This document shows, in pieces, positions 39,494-54,300 of a DNA stretch of 64,000 nucleotides. The DNA is from Azolla caroliniana. Its lineage: Eukaryota > Plantae > Polypodiophyta. The translations under genes were made by a program, and so were the position numbers. The stretch is taken from contig JBHGNT010000015.1 in NCBI GenBank assembly GCA_043228905.1, positions 18,166,001-18,230,000 of the forward strand. The letters run 5' to 3'. Position 1 is the stretch's first letter, and each line of letters begins with the position of its first letter. A model generated the notes under the pieces. That model made no database searches. It was not told where the DNA came from and was given only the letters and a program-made list of their open reading frames with translations.

Positions 39494-40275
39494 TGTCATG
39501 CCTTTCAGCGCCGGATCGTTTGCGTGAGTCGGGTGGGAACCGCCAGGGTTTTGGACTAGGAGGAGGAAGAATTTGAGACCAGTTTAGTTATAAATATGAA
39601 TCGATTGTAAGAAAAAGAGATTGAAACTTGAGAATCCCACAAGTATATTGTATTAGATTAATCAATATTAAGATAATAATATGAATTTAGATTGAAAGAG
39701 AGATATATAGAAACCTCGTGAATCCCACGAGTATAGTTTATTTCGTGAATCCTACAAATATAATTTATTAATTGGTGTTTTTAAAAATATATCCAATTTC
39801 CAAAGTTTTCACACCCATCTTTATATAGTGATGAGAGAGTCGTAGCAATCCATGCTTTTTCTCTAACTATCAACTCCATGCTTTTTCTATCAATAGATTA
39901 TATGCGTTCTCTAACGTGCTTCTTCTAAAAGTGATCATGTTTTTTCTAACCTCGTGCGTTTTTATTGACTATAGTGTTTATGCACGCTAGATGTGCATGT
40001 GTAGCTTTTATCTATCATGCATTTTTCTTCTAAGTAAAGTTTTTTTCCTAGAAAATATGTGTGAAGTAACCTTTCTATGTGGGATATTTACTTTTTTAAG
40101 ACTCATGATGTGTTAGTGTAATGGTAAGCCTTCAAATTATTAACATGGAGGTACAAGGTTTGAATCTTGCACTATGCATGTAATACATATTTTGATATTT
40201 CTTTCTTTTTCTTCATATTTATTCAATCGGTTATTTTATACGTTTTTCACGTAATGTACGAAATAAACTACAACA
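39494..40275 (-). mobile_element. Solo LTR (782 bp) related to the 33989-element LTR, TSD ACAT
   Basis: The reverse complement aligns to most of 33989-34920. ACAT at 39490-93 and 40276-79. Confidence 0.88.
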
Positions 40276-40975
40276 ACATGAAATGTAATATTTTTGGTCT
40301 CATAGGTCATATTTGACCTTCGAAGACGATAATATAATCTCTCTCTCTCCCTCCCTCTCTCTCTCTCTAGAAGAGATTAGTTGTGAAGAAGAAGATGATG
40401 GTGATGGTGATGATTTACCAAGTCGTGGTGTGGATAATTAACTCGAGATGCCTTGATGTGATGGGACCCTCATATGTATTTGTTAATGTTATTGGACGTC
40501 CATATGAATATGCTAATGTTATTGAACTCCCATGTGAATCTACTGAGCTGATTAGAACCTCATAGGGTTCACCTCTTTTGAAAACTCTATACAATGAACC
40601 CCGTTGTCTTCAATTTTGTATTGTCATGAGAGATCAAAATGTTGATAAAAAAAGATCAAGATTTGATCTTGAAGTAGGAAAGTTCACCTTAGTGTTGACA
40701 ACAACAAGAGTTTAGAGTTGTGTCATGAGGTTTAACACAAATTTTTTTCAAGTATCTTGCATACATAATTGTTGGGTTTTTTGTAACAAAATCGACCAAT
40801 ACGTGTGCTCCGACAACCACTGTTTTGGAACCCTAGGATTAGAAGCAATAACGGTATGATGCTTGGGCAGAAAAAATACTTGCCATGGGGGCAAATGTTA
40901 GGGTACAATGTTAGTTCAATAAGAGACTAAGAGGTTTTCAAAAGGAAGAGAAGGGAGGGTCTGGTTGGTTGTACT

Positions 40976-42557
40976 TGTCACGAACACACCAACCGCGAAC
41001 TACGACAAAGCACGGATGATGGAGCTAAGAGCATGGAACTTAAGAAGCTGGGAATGACACAAGAGCATGAAGACAGAGATGAAGAAGGAGACAAGATGGG
41101 ATGAAACAAGAATACTAGATTGATGTGTCAATGACTGGAGTTGAATCCCTTGAAAGGGATCAAGGAGGTTACAAGTATTTATACTGTGAGTCAAAGTACA
41201 TGCATTAGAATATTCGGGAGAATATTCTAGAACCCTCTAGAACCTTCTAGTTCTAGAACTTTCTAAAAACTCCTAGAACTTGAAATAGATAATCTACTAA
41301 TAATCTACTAAGATATATATAGCATGACTATATATTTGGACATGTTGGTTAGAACATGTTGAGAATCAAGCTCAACATAGTGCAACGTGTGAACACACCT
41401 TTGAGAATCTATGTGCACTCAAAGGTCAAGAGTCATACCACTCTCTACACATTTAACTATGTGTCATAGAATCATATTCTATGACACATAACTAATGAGT
41501 TACATATTCCCCATGACTATGAGTCTTCACATTCCCCAAGAGAGAGAGTGGTTGTTGTAAAGTTAATGAAGAGAGAGGGTGACTCTATATAAAGCACCCT
41601 CATACTTCATACTAAGTCGGTTGTGACTCCTTATTATGCTACATTTTGTAATTCTTATTCTACTTGTGAAATATACACCTTCTTCTTGAGTATTCCTTTT
41701 TCTATCTATCTTGTGTTCTCTCATCTCTCCTCTAATTCCTCTCACACATACACATAACACACATCTCTTCTGCTACACAAGAATCATACCCAATTCTTTA
41801 CAGAACACAACACTTGACTATATATAAGAGGTTAAGAGTTCAAATCTTGACATGACTGTTGTCATGTCTGTGACATTATCCTCCCCTTTATGGCCGCCTT
41901 TTCGAAAGCACAGTGTAGGGGTGAACAGAAAGTGGTGGGCATGAGAAACCATGTGTTGTGCTCACTAGAAACACGAACACCAACAGACATGAGTGACCAT
42001 GTGTGGTCCTCATCAGGAACATGAACGGGCAGTGACTGACCATGCGGTCCTCACCAAGAACTGGAACATGAACAGGAGTGAGCGACCACATAGACATTAT
42101 CCTCCCCTTTACGGATGCCTTTTCGAAAGCACGGTGTAGGGGTGAACAGAAAGTGGTGGGCATGAGAAACCATGTGTTGTGCTCACTAAAAACACGAACA
42201 CCAACGGACATGAGCGACCATGTGCGGTCCTCATCGGGAACATGATCGGGACCATCTGTCAATGACTAGAGTTGAATCCCTTGAAAGGGATCAAGGAGGT
42301 TACAAGTATTTATATACTGTGAGTCAAAGTACATGCATTAGAATATTCAGGAGAATATTCTAGAACCCTCTAGAACCTTCTAGTTCTAGAACTTTCTAAA
42401 AACTCCTAGAACTTGAAATAGATAATCTACTAATAATCTACTAAGATATATATAATATGACTATATATTTGGACGTGTTGGTTAGAACACAACACTTGAC
42501 TATATATAAGAGGTTAAGAGTTCAAACCTTGACATGATTGTTGTCATCTCTGTGACA
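40976..42557 (-). mobile_element. TRIM-like element related to 26995-28915, TSD GTACT; 5' LTR partly deleted; carries a nested solo LTR
   Basis: TSD at 40971-75 and 42558-62. 3' LTR 40976-41875 with PPT at 41876-41888. 5' LTR remnant at about 42257-42557. Internal repeats are related to the 27575 array and the PPT region is duplicated near 42095. Confidence 0.88.
41357..41802 (+). mobile_element. Solo copia LTR (446 bp), TSD GAACA
   Basis: Inverse of 4363-4814. GAACA at 41352-56 and 41803-07. Confidence 0.93.
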
Positions 42558-42562
42558 GTACT

Positions 42563-43750
42563 AAGTTTACTAGCAGCTAGAAAAGGTGACATATTTGATA
42601 GATAAGGTTGTTGATGGTCTAACTAGGATGAATGAAGAAGAGGGGGTCTAGTTTGGGTGGTTTGTAGATGAGGGTGACGCACAAATTATCCGTGGCAAGT
42701 GCCCATCTATTGAGTATCGTTTATGGGGCAACCTAAGTGCTTTGTCAAACAATGGTCAGTGGTTGGCAGTGTTGGAAGGTAAGAAGTGGCAAGTAAACCT
42801 GGACCTAGGGAAGCTGGAAACTGATTGTAAACTTTAGATAGTTGACAACAAGCCCGTATGTGATTTGGATTGGGATCCACTAGAGGTGTGGTGACAAAAA
42901 CCGGGAACGGACAAACTGGAAAGGTTTTTTGAGTACAATACTAAGCTAGGAAGGCAAATCATTGGCTCCAAATCAATGGGTGTTGCTTTAACTCGCAATA
43001 GTTTGAGGGATAAATGCATATCTGATGACTTGTTGAAGCCGTTTTGGAGGAGACTATGGGCGTTCAATATGCTAGAAAAAATAAAGCTTTAGTTGTGGCT
43101 TCTTAGTCATAATGCGGTACCAGTGGGGGAGTGGCTGAGGTGTTGTGGTGGTGAGGCTGGTTGCAAGATATGTGAACACCCTTTGGAATAAATCCCTCAC
43201 TGTTTTTTGGAATTGTGGAGAAGCTATTAGCATTTGGGGTAGAAGTCTCAGGATAGTGGCAGCATGCGGTGTGAATGGGAGAGTTGTATGGGGATCTTTA
43301 CAGGTGTTGAAGTTAACAGGGGAAGGTTGGGTTGAATAGTTAAACCCCCATGGTCATGGATTTATATTGCAAGGTGGCAAGGTGTTTCAACGTGCTGGAG
43401 TTCGACCTGGCGCTAACTCAGAATTTTTTGAAGAGATATGGATGATGGTGGTTTGTTTATCGTTCTGGCACATTTGGACCAAGAGTTGTAAGTTTGTTTT
43501 TCAACAGCAAAACCTCCCTAGCGGTGAGGTGTTGTTAAATATCTGGTTCGAGCTGGTATCTTGGCTGCGGGGACGATACAACTCAATTCAGGGGGAATCT
43601 AATGCAACTGAAAGAGCTCGGTCAAAGTTCCTATTGAAATGGGGTAGTTCTCCTATGGTGGGCAGATCATCATCATGGCCTAAATGGAACTACCAAGCAC
43701 CCCGCTAGTTGTTTCCGCCAATGGCTTCCATTAGTGATCCGGTGCTATAA
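42563..43750 (+). mobile_element. Decayed L1-type LINE 3' fragment (zf-RVT-like)
   Basis: Broken frames read KIKL*LWLLSHNAVPVGEWL, CKICEHP and HCFWNC; ORF 43367..43708 has SFWHIWTKSCKFVF. Confidence 0.65.
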
Positions 43751-46700
43751 ATATGTATAGATATGGTACAAGTTAATTACTAGGTTATAGGAGTTGTTGG
43801 GATACTTTTGTTGAAAATGAGGTGGGGACTATGACCACTTTGGTGAGAAGGCCAAAGTGAGGGTTGCTGAAATTTTGGTGGTCTATGATGTACTTTGTTT
43901 GCTAACTAATGCGAAGTAGTGTTTTTTTTTTGGGGGGGGGGGGGAGGGGGGAATGTGTGCATTTTATAATGTAGGACCCGAGAGGCAATCATTTAATTTG
44001 CATTTTCGTTTTAAACTAAGAAAATATTTTTGATGCACAATTAAAACCACAAAAAAAGCACTTAACGTTGCCTTCACCACATGGAGGCCATTTTGTATAT
44101 GATAATAACATTTTTTTTCTAGTTTAACCATAAGGACCAACGTTAAGGAAGTTTAGAACGCTTATGATGCGTGTGAAATGTGTGGCCCAATCTTCTACTT
44201 GGCAATCTGCCCTTTCAAAACGCATTCTAATTTGGCTACCAACTTCTTTTCTAATTGCTATCGATATACTAGATGAATTTATTAAGGAAATTGCAATATA
44301 TAGCATATAAAGATATGGGTAAACAAGTGTGAAGGCTAGATAAATACCATGGCAATGAGTTGTAGATCCTCCGTCCATCTCCATAGTATGGCTACCACTA
44401 GTGAGAGGCAAGAAAATTAGAATATGTGGCTAATTGTAGGGTTGTCTTTTTTATTCTCTATGTGATGTTTTCCAAAGGAGAACAACATTCACACACCTAT
44501 TCCTAATATCTCTACCCTTAATATCAAGATGCTGAAAAATAATCAAGTTAATCATTTTTTAATACATAAGTTCAAGAATGTCAAGAAACACATAAGTTAA
44601 GTTAGATGTTGGTGACTTCTAGAGAAGGCAAAGTTTATACTATTATTATCCCATATATAGTTAAAGCCAATAAACATTATCATGAGACTCGCTTGAAATC
44701 CTACCAAGAATGACTTGCTAATTTGCATAATAATTTTAATTGATAATAATGTTTCTTTAGAGTTGACAATTATTGTCAAACGTCGAGTATATATAAGATC
44801 GACAACTTTTTCACATTTGAAGTGTCATTTGATGTTTCAACAAAATGCAACTTCAAAGCTTCTATTTTTGGAATTTGGGGATCTTCATCCTCCCAAGAAA
44901 ACTTTTGTGGTCAAGAGTTTATTAAACTGCTAGGTGGCGAGGTTAACCTAGGTTGCACGGGTATATCCTCTTGGAATAATTAGTGGAGGAAAAGAAATGA
45001 TATCTCACTTTTTTAGAGTTTGACACTCGGCAATCAAAAGTCGACAATGTCAAATGAAATAGGAAAAAATCTAGTGCAAACTTTTAAGCATAACGATGAT
45101 GCGTCATGTATTAGTAAGATAGCACAAGGGGCCAACTAGTTAGGAGAGTCTAAGGGTGACTAAAAACAAGCTTGTAGTACAAACTTTCAAGGCAAATTTT
45201 AGGAAAACCAATCACTCTTAGAGTTCGTCTTGATTCATAAAGGATAATACTTTCAATTGAAATATAAAATATGATAAACTTAAGTATGTGTCCTAAAATA
45301 AATGGTGACTTTCATTACAAGCAATATCTAGGAAGTGCCCCTTAAATTTGGATTTGCCAATCCTAGAGAGTAATACAAGGAAACATGTTTAATTGAATAC
45401 GTAAAACTTTCAATTACTCTTCAGAGTGAATGGTGTTTAGTATTGGTTTCCTATTAAATCATGACTGAGGCATAAATAAACATTTCCCCGAGCAGTGAGC
45501 ACTGATTAGGAATCTTGAAGCTTTAACATCGATAATAGAGCCTACTACCAAAGGCTAGACTAAATATATAGATTAAGAAAAGAATTATGTAGATGATGAG
45601 TGTTTTACAAGTCTATTTTGTATTGAATATCTTTATATACATTGAAAATAATTTGAATTGGTAATCTTAGTATAGGATCAAAAGAAATGTACTCGTTATA
45701 AAAAGGAACCAGTGTGTTATTGATATTCACAAAACTTGGATGTTTGAACTAACTATGTCTTGTAAATCCCGACCAAGGTAATGTGTATGGGTTTATTTTC
45801 TCTAGTTCAAACTTTTACATTGAGGCCAATGTGAGGGTTTCATACACTTGACAAGGGTTTAGAGCAAAAAGACTTGAATCTGTAGAGTGGACAGAGTAAA
45901 TTTTCTCCATCTCCCTCTCTTTCTATCTTCGATGATGATAATAGAATCTATCTATCTATCTCTTTATGTATATGTATATATTTATCTTGACTACGTTCAC
46001 GTTTAAAACCAACCAAATGTTGGAAATCCCAAATAAGGCGGCGATGTACAAGGTTTATTATCTCTTGTTCAAAAAAGTGTTTTTTGTGAGTGTGAAGGAA
46101 TCCATAAACTTCATAAGCATATAGTATTGATGGGACCAAGAATGTATGAATGGAGTAAAGTTTCCCCTTTGTGTCTCTCTATCAATATCTCTCGACAAGA
46201 TGCAAATGGTGAGCAATTACTCACTCCCTTTGTGCAAAAAAAACTGCTCACTATAAATGCTTACATATTAGTCATAATATTGGTGAATTAAAAAAATGAT
46301 TCCTTCATAATTTCTCTCTAGAAGCATGTGTTAGGTTGTCCTTTTTTGTTTTCTCAACAATGCTACAAGCCAATACAACAACTTCATACTTTTGCACCCA
46401 TAATGAATGACAATGGAGACATCTCGAACTAGACATTCATGGATTTGCCCTTTTACCTAATGAGTTAATAAGCTTTATGTTCTCTGACACTATGTTTCCA
46501 TCAAATGTGTGAACAACCAATTTTTTGCACAAGCAAAAACTGCTTGACTCTGAAAAAGTGTGTAGGACAAGCACTTCAAAGAGGTAATGCACATTTTGAT
46601 CCAAAGTGGATGGAGAAATTATTCTTCTAAAACCTAGCACTCATGTACTAGTCCATTAATGATTCAATGGCCCTTATGTACTCTTTGAGGTAGGTTTGTC

Positions 46701-48179
46701 TCTAGTTCTCTTCACTCTAATTATTCAAGTGGTCTTACCAAATTGTAAGACTAGGTTCTCATTGAATGTTGAACACAATGAGTTGCTTGTGTGCTAGAAA
46801 ATGATTTTTCAAACCAAAGCAATACAGACTCATATACCCAGTAAAGTGAATGGTTCGAGTATAATAAAATTAGGCCTACACACGAAAGCGTACTTGGGGG
46901 TGAAGGTTGCACAAAAATGCAATCTAACTTGTTTAGATTTGCATGAATGCCCCGACACATCATTATGTCACCTGAAAAGGTTTGATCAAAATAGAGTGTT
47001 GCATTATACAATTGCAACTAAGGAGTGAAGGATCCAAATAAAGTGACATATACCAAGGCAATTATCTTATGACAAGAAATTCAAGAGAGTTGCTCTAAGT
47101 GCATGGTTCAAATTGGAGCACATCCAATGATTTGAGGAGCAACCAAAAAATCCATGAGAACCCATCATAAAGCTAAGGTTTAGAGAGCACGGTGGACACA
47201 ACATCTCAACCTCTAGGAATTTAGGAATTTTAAACTTTGCCACATTTGATGGATGAAAGGAAGTTGCCTACTAACCATATAACACAACACAATACAAACA
47301 CTTCAAAAATCGCCAACATGCAATGCATGGTTCAAACTTTGACCATATCCAATGGATTAGAAAGACGTATGTGCTAATAATACAATGCAAGGCACCACCA
47401 CCAACACTATTCGACGACAGAACACACCACGCAACGCATAATGCTATAGCAACACCACACCACACCATACAAAACACACAGTATCGTGACAACACAAGCA
47501 ATTGCCATCAACAGAGTCAAGTTGTCAATGCAACGTGAGCGATGATGACGACACGTGGAGTGGGGGGGAGAGGGAGGGAGAGTGATGTAATTATAGAATG
47601 ATGCTAAGAATCTATGTCCTTTGGTGCACCCGTATGTGTGTGCGCAGTAAAGAGTGCCCCCAAGTAAAGAAAAGAAAAGAGAAAGGAATCCCAAGTGAAA
47701 GATTCCAAAAGATGCTCCAAATTTCAGGTGATATGCTTATACATTTATTTCTTTTTCCCAAAATAAAAAATAAATATAAATTCATTAATTTATTTAAAAA
47801 CAAATTAACTAAAAATAATCATTTAATCACTTTAAAAATAAAAAATAAAAAATAGGACAATGATAAGCTTCAATTGTACACAAGCAAAAAAAGGAGAAGA
47901 AGGGAAGGGGGGGTAAAAATAAAATAAATCAATAATAAATTGAGTGAGGGATGGGCAAAAAAAGGGGAATATAAAAAAATGCATGAATAATAATAAAGAA
48001 ATGTGTGCATGTTTTCAAAAACATAAGTGAAGATAAGAGAAACAAAAGTTAGTATGAAAAGGAGATGGTGGAACTAGAGAAGAACTATAACTAACTATGA
48101 CTAAACCCATCTAGTTACACCTCTCTCTCTCTCTCTCTCTCTCTCCTCCTACCTTTTTAGGGTGGACATTTCTTTGTCC

Positions 48180-48390
48180 CCTTTCCTCATCCTTTAACAT
48201 TGTCACTTTCACCAAGGGTGCCCCTTAAGCTATGTAGCAACCAATCACTAGTCACTACTAAACTTCTAAGTTCTAACTAGTATGACTCCTTTCCTCATCC
48301 TTTTGCATTGTCACTTTCACCAATTATGCCCTTTAGGGCCTAGCTATGTAGCAACCAATCACTAGTCACTACTAAACTTCTAACTAGTAT
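48180..48390. repeat. Tandem duplication of about 110 bp
   Basis: CTTTCCTCATCCTTT..CATTGTCACTTTCACC..AGCTATGTAGCAACCAATCACTAGTCACTACTAAACTTCTAA occurs twice. Confidence 0.8.
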
Positions 48391-51300
48391 GACCTCGTCA
48401 TAGTCACCATCTATGTCTACATATAGATTGTAGTTATATCTATGCCTAGATAGATGTTGTCGTAGTTATATCTATCTCTAGATATAGGTTGTGATGTAAG
48501 ACCTAGCACATGAAACTCAAGATAAGGGTCAAGCTTTCCTTCCAACTCCCTCACTCTCTCTCTCTCTCAGCTCCTCCTCAAGGTGTTCCCAAAGAAGGAT
48601 TCTATTAGGATTTTGTTTTGACTCATTCTAGTAGCTTTGTCTTCCTATCTTGAATGAAATCCTTGTGAGGATTAGGACCTCAATGACTATCATGATTCAA
48701 CCATTAGATTGTGATTGTCGTTCTTCTTCTTCTTGTCCCTACTAGCTTCTGATTAAACAAACCTTTGTGGATGCAAGGGGGTCAATCTTTATTTACTTAG
48801 GCCATACATACATATGTGTGACCTTCTCACAAAAGGCATTTATCCAAAGGTTTGACAAACATAAGAGGGGGCAAAGCTACACAAGGCATTTGTTTTATAT
48901 GCTCGACATAGAATGGTACCCTCGTTGTTTCGTCCTTATCTACAATTACTAACATATACACATGTTCATATGTATTATGAAGAACCTATAATTGGCTAAT
49001 AGGCACCTTGAGTCATTTATCATATATGTGACTAGTCATGATTGCCCCTATCAGAGATTTGAGCCTAATATAGATGCCAAGCATACATAGGCATGATGAA
49101 TTTGTTTATTCCCTCGTTTGATTCTTTCCATAGATATGTACATACCTCATTCCTACTTTTCTTTTGTCACCACATTTCTCTACAATGTAGGCCATTCTTT
49201 TTACCCTATTAAATAAATTTGAATATTCAATCTTCTCATGAGTTATATTAGGTATTACCATTTCGGTTGTTCACGAGGAGAGATTGTAATATAGTGGAAA
49301 AGAAGAAGTCGCATATCATTCTAATACACATGAAAAATTAACTCAAGGTATTACACTTGTCAAACTCTTTCAACACTAACAATTTTGTACATAAATAATC
49401 GATGATGTCCTTGACTGGAGTGTAAGGAGTGTAAGGATGAATTGAATAGCCTTAGGCCTATTTACTTACTTATCCCTAAGAAATAAGACGTTTTTTAATG
49501 GAGGGTGGGATTATACTCAAAAAGTTCAAGATTAATACTCCTCAAAGGATCCACGGTCCACCATTTACGCTGGGTTCACATTCCACACGGAAAATCTTTA
49601 TGAGTGAATAACCAAACACTCTTTATGGTTGGATGACCCAAAGATACACTTGCTAGGGTAAGGACCCAATGTTGATACTTACAAGATTTCATAGACTTTT
49701 TATAAGCTTCTTCATTTTTTAATTCCACAAAATACAAACCTTCAGCAATTAATTTTTGAAACATTGCCTCTACTTCTCTCCTTCATAGAAAATTTCTAGG
49801 ATAGACAAAACTAGTTGGATATGTGTATCTAACTAAAGTAGATTGTTGAAGTTGGAACAAATGAAACAAGTGGCTTGTCATAATATTCTAACCTAGAAAT
49901 TCAACTATCTTAACATTCCTTCGATTTAAAAAGGATGTCTTTAAAATGGAGAAATTAAGTATGGAAATATTTCATTAATTCATGAATAAGAACATTTATT
50001 GCTAGATTCCACTCGTAACAAGCCTTTTTTGTTTTATAAGATGATGTTATACAAGTCACGAGAGAATGTTGAAAACTTGAATGAGAAAAATATCTTATTA
50101 ACCTCGTTACGTGGGAACAATAAGCCGAAATCATTTTTGTAAATGTGAATAATTGGAAGATTAAACGTGCGAAACATGTTGCACTTATAATGCCTTAAAG
50201 ATATAAGATAGGGTTTCACTCATTATTCTCACTGTAATGCATAATCATTACTAGAGATGAATATGGTTCGAAAGAGGAAATGGATATCACACATATCCTA
50301 TTAAAGTGATGTATCTTTGGATATAAATACATTATACATATTTGTGTGTACATCGTGGATACCTATTACGCGACTTGGAAACATGAAGACAAAAAAAACA
50401 CTAACATTGAGCTACATTGTTAGTATTTTCATTATTAATGCAATGTGGGAAAAGGGAAACAATGAAAAAGAAGATGATGATGAACAACTATGGAGGTAGT
50501 TTTGTATACTTGAAGATGGTATTGAGTAAATTTAGCAAGATGAAGATTCCAAGTTTCCAACTTCCAAATAGACATATGAATGTTATCAAAATTGTTAATG
50601 TCAGAAAAAGTGAAGAGAGCTTCTTTAGCAACTTAAAATTGTGAAGGAAACAAAAAGGAGTTACAAGTCTAGTCTACATACAATGATGTAGCTGAATTTA
50701 GATGTCGACTACTTAGGAAACAAGTAGCAAGATTGCGTAAATAGTAGCATGTAGATATGCCATTGACAAAACTTGGATTTCAATGTGCATTGGTTGTCGT
50801 TTATGTTGCGCAAATGGTAACATTGTTGTTTTGGTAGAATGTTCAATTGTTTCCACTTCTTTACGCTATAAAGTTTTGGACTAACCATAAGCAACCATAT
50901 GAGACAACAAAAAGTCAAGTTATCATCTTCACATGGATCTCACATAGGACGTTTGAAAGACATTCTCACACATGTATATTGTCGCAAAATTATGTACACA
51001 TATGATTATAGAAGCATGCGATTTGCAATGATAAGGGTATATTGAAATGTGCTTTTATGGTATTAGAACTAGTTTTGGTACATATCTAATAATCTACTTA
51101 TGGCATATGAAATGTTGAAAATTTTAAAGCGATTTTAATCGATTTACATGTGTGGTAGGTGGGTAATTTTCAAGTGCCTCAATGTGTGAAGTAAATTTTG
51201 AATGGATATGATTTTAATTCATGAAAGTACAAAATGGCAAATGTACTCTTTGTAAAGGTGAATAGGGCATGATTACTTGAAGATCGTCCATGCTCAAATT

Positions 51301-54300
51301 TGGGTGAATCCAACATGACGGTTAGGTGGCTTGTAGTGTAGAAGCAAACATTCAAATTGTGTTATCGACATGACACCTATGTCTAAAAGTAGATTAAATT
51401 GATGAATGGTCACAAATCGTGTGAATACGGCACACACATGCCAATTAAAGAGAAATACATACCTAAGAATTGTTAGTAGAATTACGTATGCCAAGTTATT
51501 AGAATTGCCTTTAACATGATATTGTTTTCAACCCTTTCAACTTTGAATCGTGAATGCTTTTTTAACTCACGTTCCTACGTTGCACTATGTATCTCAAGCT
51601 AAAAACTATAGGAATTATGAGTATGCTTACACAATCAAACCTTTAGGCCGAGACTTGTATCCATAACCTGAATGTTGCAATACACAACCACATTTTTGTT
51701 TATATTCAAGATTTTTAATAATCTAAGATGATAAAAATTTTAATAAATAACTTCCTAGAGTTGATGAGGAATTTCAAATCTTTTTTATGATGTCAATGCA
51801 AAGTTTTCACTTTTATCACATTCTATCTCATTGGTTTGTCAGTTGAATGACTGATCGAAGTCTCGAAAATGTAGTGGAAAGGACAAAATGTATGATAGAA
51901 GAACCATGTTTACATGAAAAAATGGAGAGTGCAACCCCATGAGTTAGTGGAATGGTGTGACCTATGGGAAAGAAATTGGAATCTACAAAGATGTATATCA
52001 ATAGCAAATATTAAGTTTATGCATTGTGAGGTGTTAACCCAACAAAACACAATGAAAGTGTATGCCCTAAACCGGAAAAGGAAGATGAAACCAACCCAAT
52101 TTCATTTGAGAATATTAGAAAGATCGAAAGATCCATAGTTTTACCTCTATAATGGGAATTCTCCTAGCTTTGAGAAATAGAAATGGTTTACCTAGTTGTT
52201 GAGAGGATACCTTTATGATATAATGTAGGTTGGTGGGCATAGTGTGAAATGATAATATGCATCATTTCTCTAACAAGAGCCATTCCATAACTTGGTTCAT
52301 CACTCGATGTTGGTAATAGGAAAATAGCAAGGAAACAAGAACAATAATGATGTAGTGACAACAAAGAAGAAGAAGCTCACAAATGTTGTAGACAATTCTA
52401 CCATGTTATTGTCAATGAGTAAGTTGCTTGACAAATTAATTTCTTGGGATGAAGCTTGAAATCCTGTTATATGCTAAGAATGAATTTATGAATTCCAACG
52501 TGAACAAGACATTATGTGCTAATTTACAATTTGAAACTGAGGCACAAGGGTTAGTTACAACCCAAAAATGCCATGCCCAAGCACCCAAGGTGAAAATCAT
52601 AGAAATACACAAGTTGGATCTGAATCAAAGAAATAGATACACAACTATTGACTCTTAACAAAAGATTGAAAAGTAAATAAGGTGGTGTCTTTTTTATCCA
52701 CGAGTGGTCAAGAGGAATAGATATTCAAATTCTAAGTTTTTAGTTCAAATGATCTTCTTGATGATATTAACCAATGATTTGATTCAATAAACTCCTCACT
52801 TGTAGATTAATAAAAAGCTTACTTAAATCTAACATGATGGATGGTGCAGATAAAGCTTGTTCTATGCAAAACCTAAGCTTTTTGGTTGAGCTGGTCCTAC
52901 ATTATTGGTTTGCAGTTGTATTCATTATAAAAATGTTAGGGTTTTTTGTTTGAAATGACTTCGTGCTCACATTTATACTATTTTAATGCAAGAGACAACA
53001 CCACATTGCTTAAGGGAGATGTATTTGAATGCTAGATTTATGTCATAGCAATGCTTTAAAAATGCAACTTGGAGAAGTTCGAGACAACTCCCATAAGATC
53101 TTAGGTTCTCTCCCAATATCTCTATTCATTGTCTCCATCTCAATCGTTATCTCTATCAACTTGGCTTTGTCCCACACACATGGGTCTCTTGTGGATGCTA
53201 GCATGTCTATCTATCTATCTATCTATCTTCAAAGTCTCTCTCAGAGCTTCATATAACAAGAGATACTCCATACCGTTGTCTCACACACATAGGTCTCTAG
53301 TGGATGTTAAAAAGATATCTATTTATCTTAGAAGTCTCTCTCAGAGTTTTGTATAACAAGTGGTATGGTGGTGAACAACAAAATATTACGAGAGGAGGAT
53401 TTTGAATAGGGTTCACTTCTAAGTTTATTTTATTTGGATGTGTAATAAATAAAAGTGCAAGCTGTAAGATATATTAACTGCATACACGAGGACTAAATAT
53501 ATTTTCTATATAATGTAGGATCTTAGAAATAATCTTCACTACAATAGCAATGGGCCAAGAAAAATACATCATTATCACATACCATTCTAGATCCATCAGT
53601 TAAAACCTGTCCAAATACTCTAACTAGTTCATAAATCTAGGAAACCATGTGATGACTCCTTAGTAAAACTTACATTTTGTCAGGAATCGAATGGCTACCC
53701 ATATATCTCAAGGTGATATATTTTAGTGGTGAACTATAATAACACACGTGAAGATGGAGTATTCTTGTAGAAATACTATCATTTACAAATCGTAAAATGA
53801 TACTTATATAGTACTGAAAGTTACACTTCCTAAGGTAGAACTCATTAGTCCTAGTCTCATCATGGATGCATGGTTCATGTAGTGTCATGGCATGGTCAAA
53901 GTTTTGAAAAGAGTCAAGATGTCACACCTAATTATATATATCTATAGCATGAAAGATGAGATTTGGATTTTGACATGCTACCTATACTAGATTACATTTA
54001 CACATTACACGCATGGGTGCACTCTAGTTGTTTGCTCAGAAGAACATGCTTTAAGCTTAGATCAAGGAACTAGAAATTTGGATCGAAACCATGCATTTTG
54101 TTTCATATCAATGCATAAGAGACAATGTAAATGTATGAGATCTTAACTCTCAAGTCAAAGGGACGCAATAACTACAACACATTATTATTTTACTATCACC
54201 AATTGCATGATGATTTCCTCACCTTCCTTCTCAAGTCACCTTAGTCCTTTTTACTACCCTAGCTATGTGGATCCTCTCATTTCCTTGATAGGTCCTAAGA

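Larger units (their letters stand above)
32089..40368 (+). mobile_element. 5'-truncated LINE (RTE-like) split by two LTR insertions; pieces at about 32089-33988, 39145-39493 and 40280-40368
   Basis: RT motifs NYRTIMVG, FVDFKKAFD, GVKQGCPLSPTLF, LLYANDVVL (32599..33453). Frame is restored across the first insertion (FAERGNR|THRYMLEP). C-terminal MRLNSHALQCE..ESEYHTLIQC. (TC)n at both ends. Confidence 0.88.

Noticed and set aside
38722-39576. 284-aa ORF
   Set aside because: Chance read-through from an LTR into the LINE C-terminus and a second LTR.
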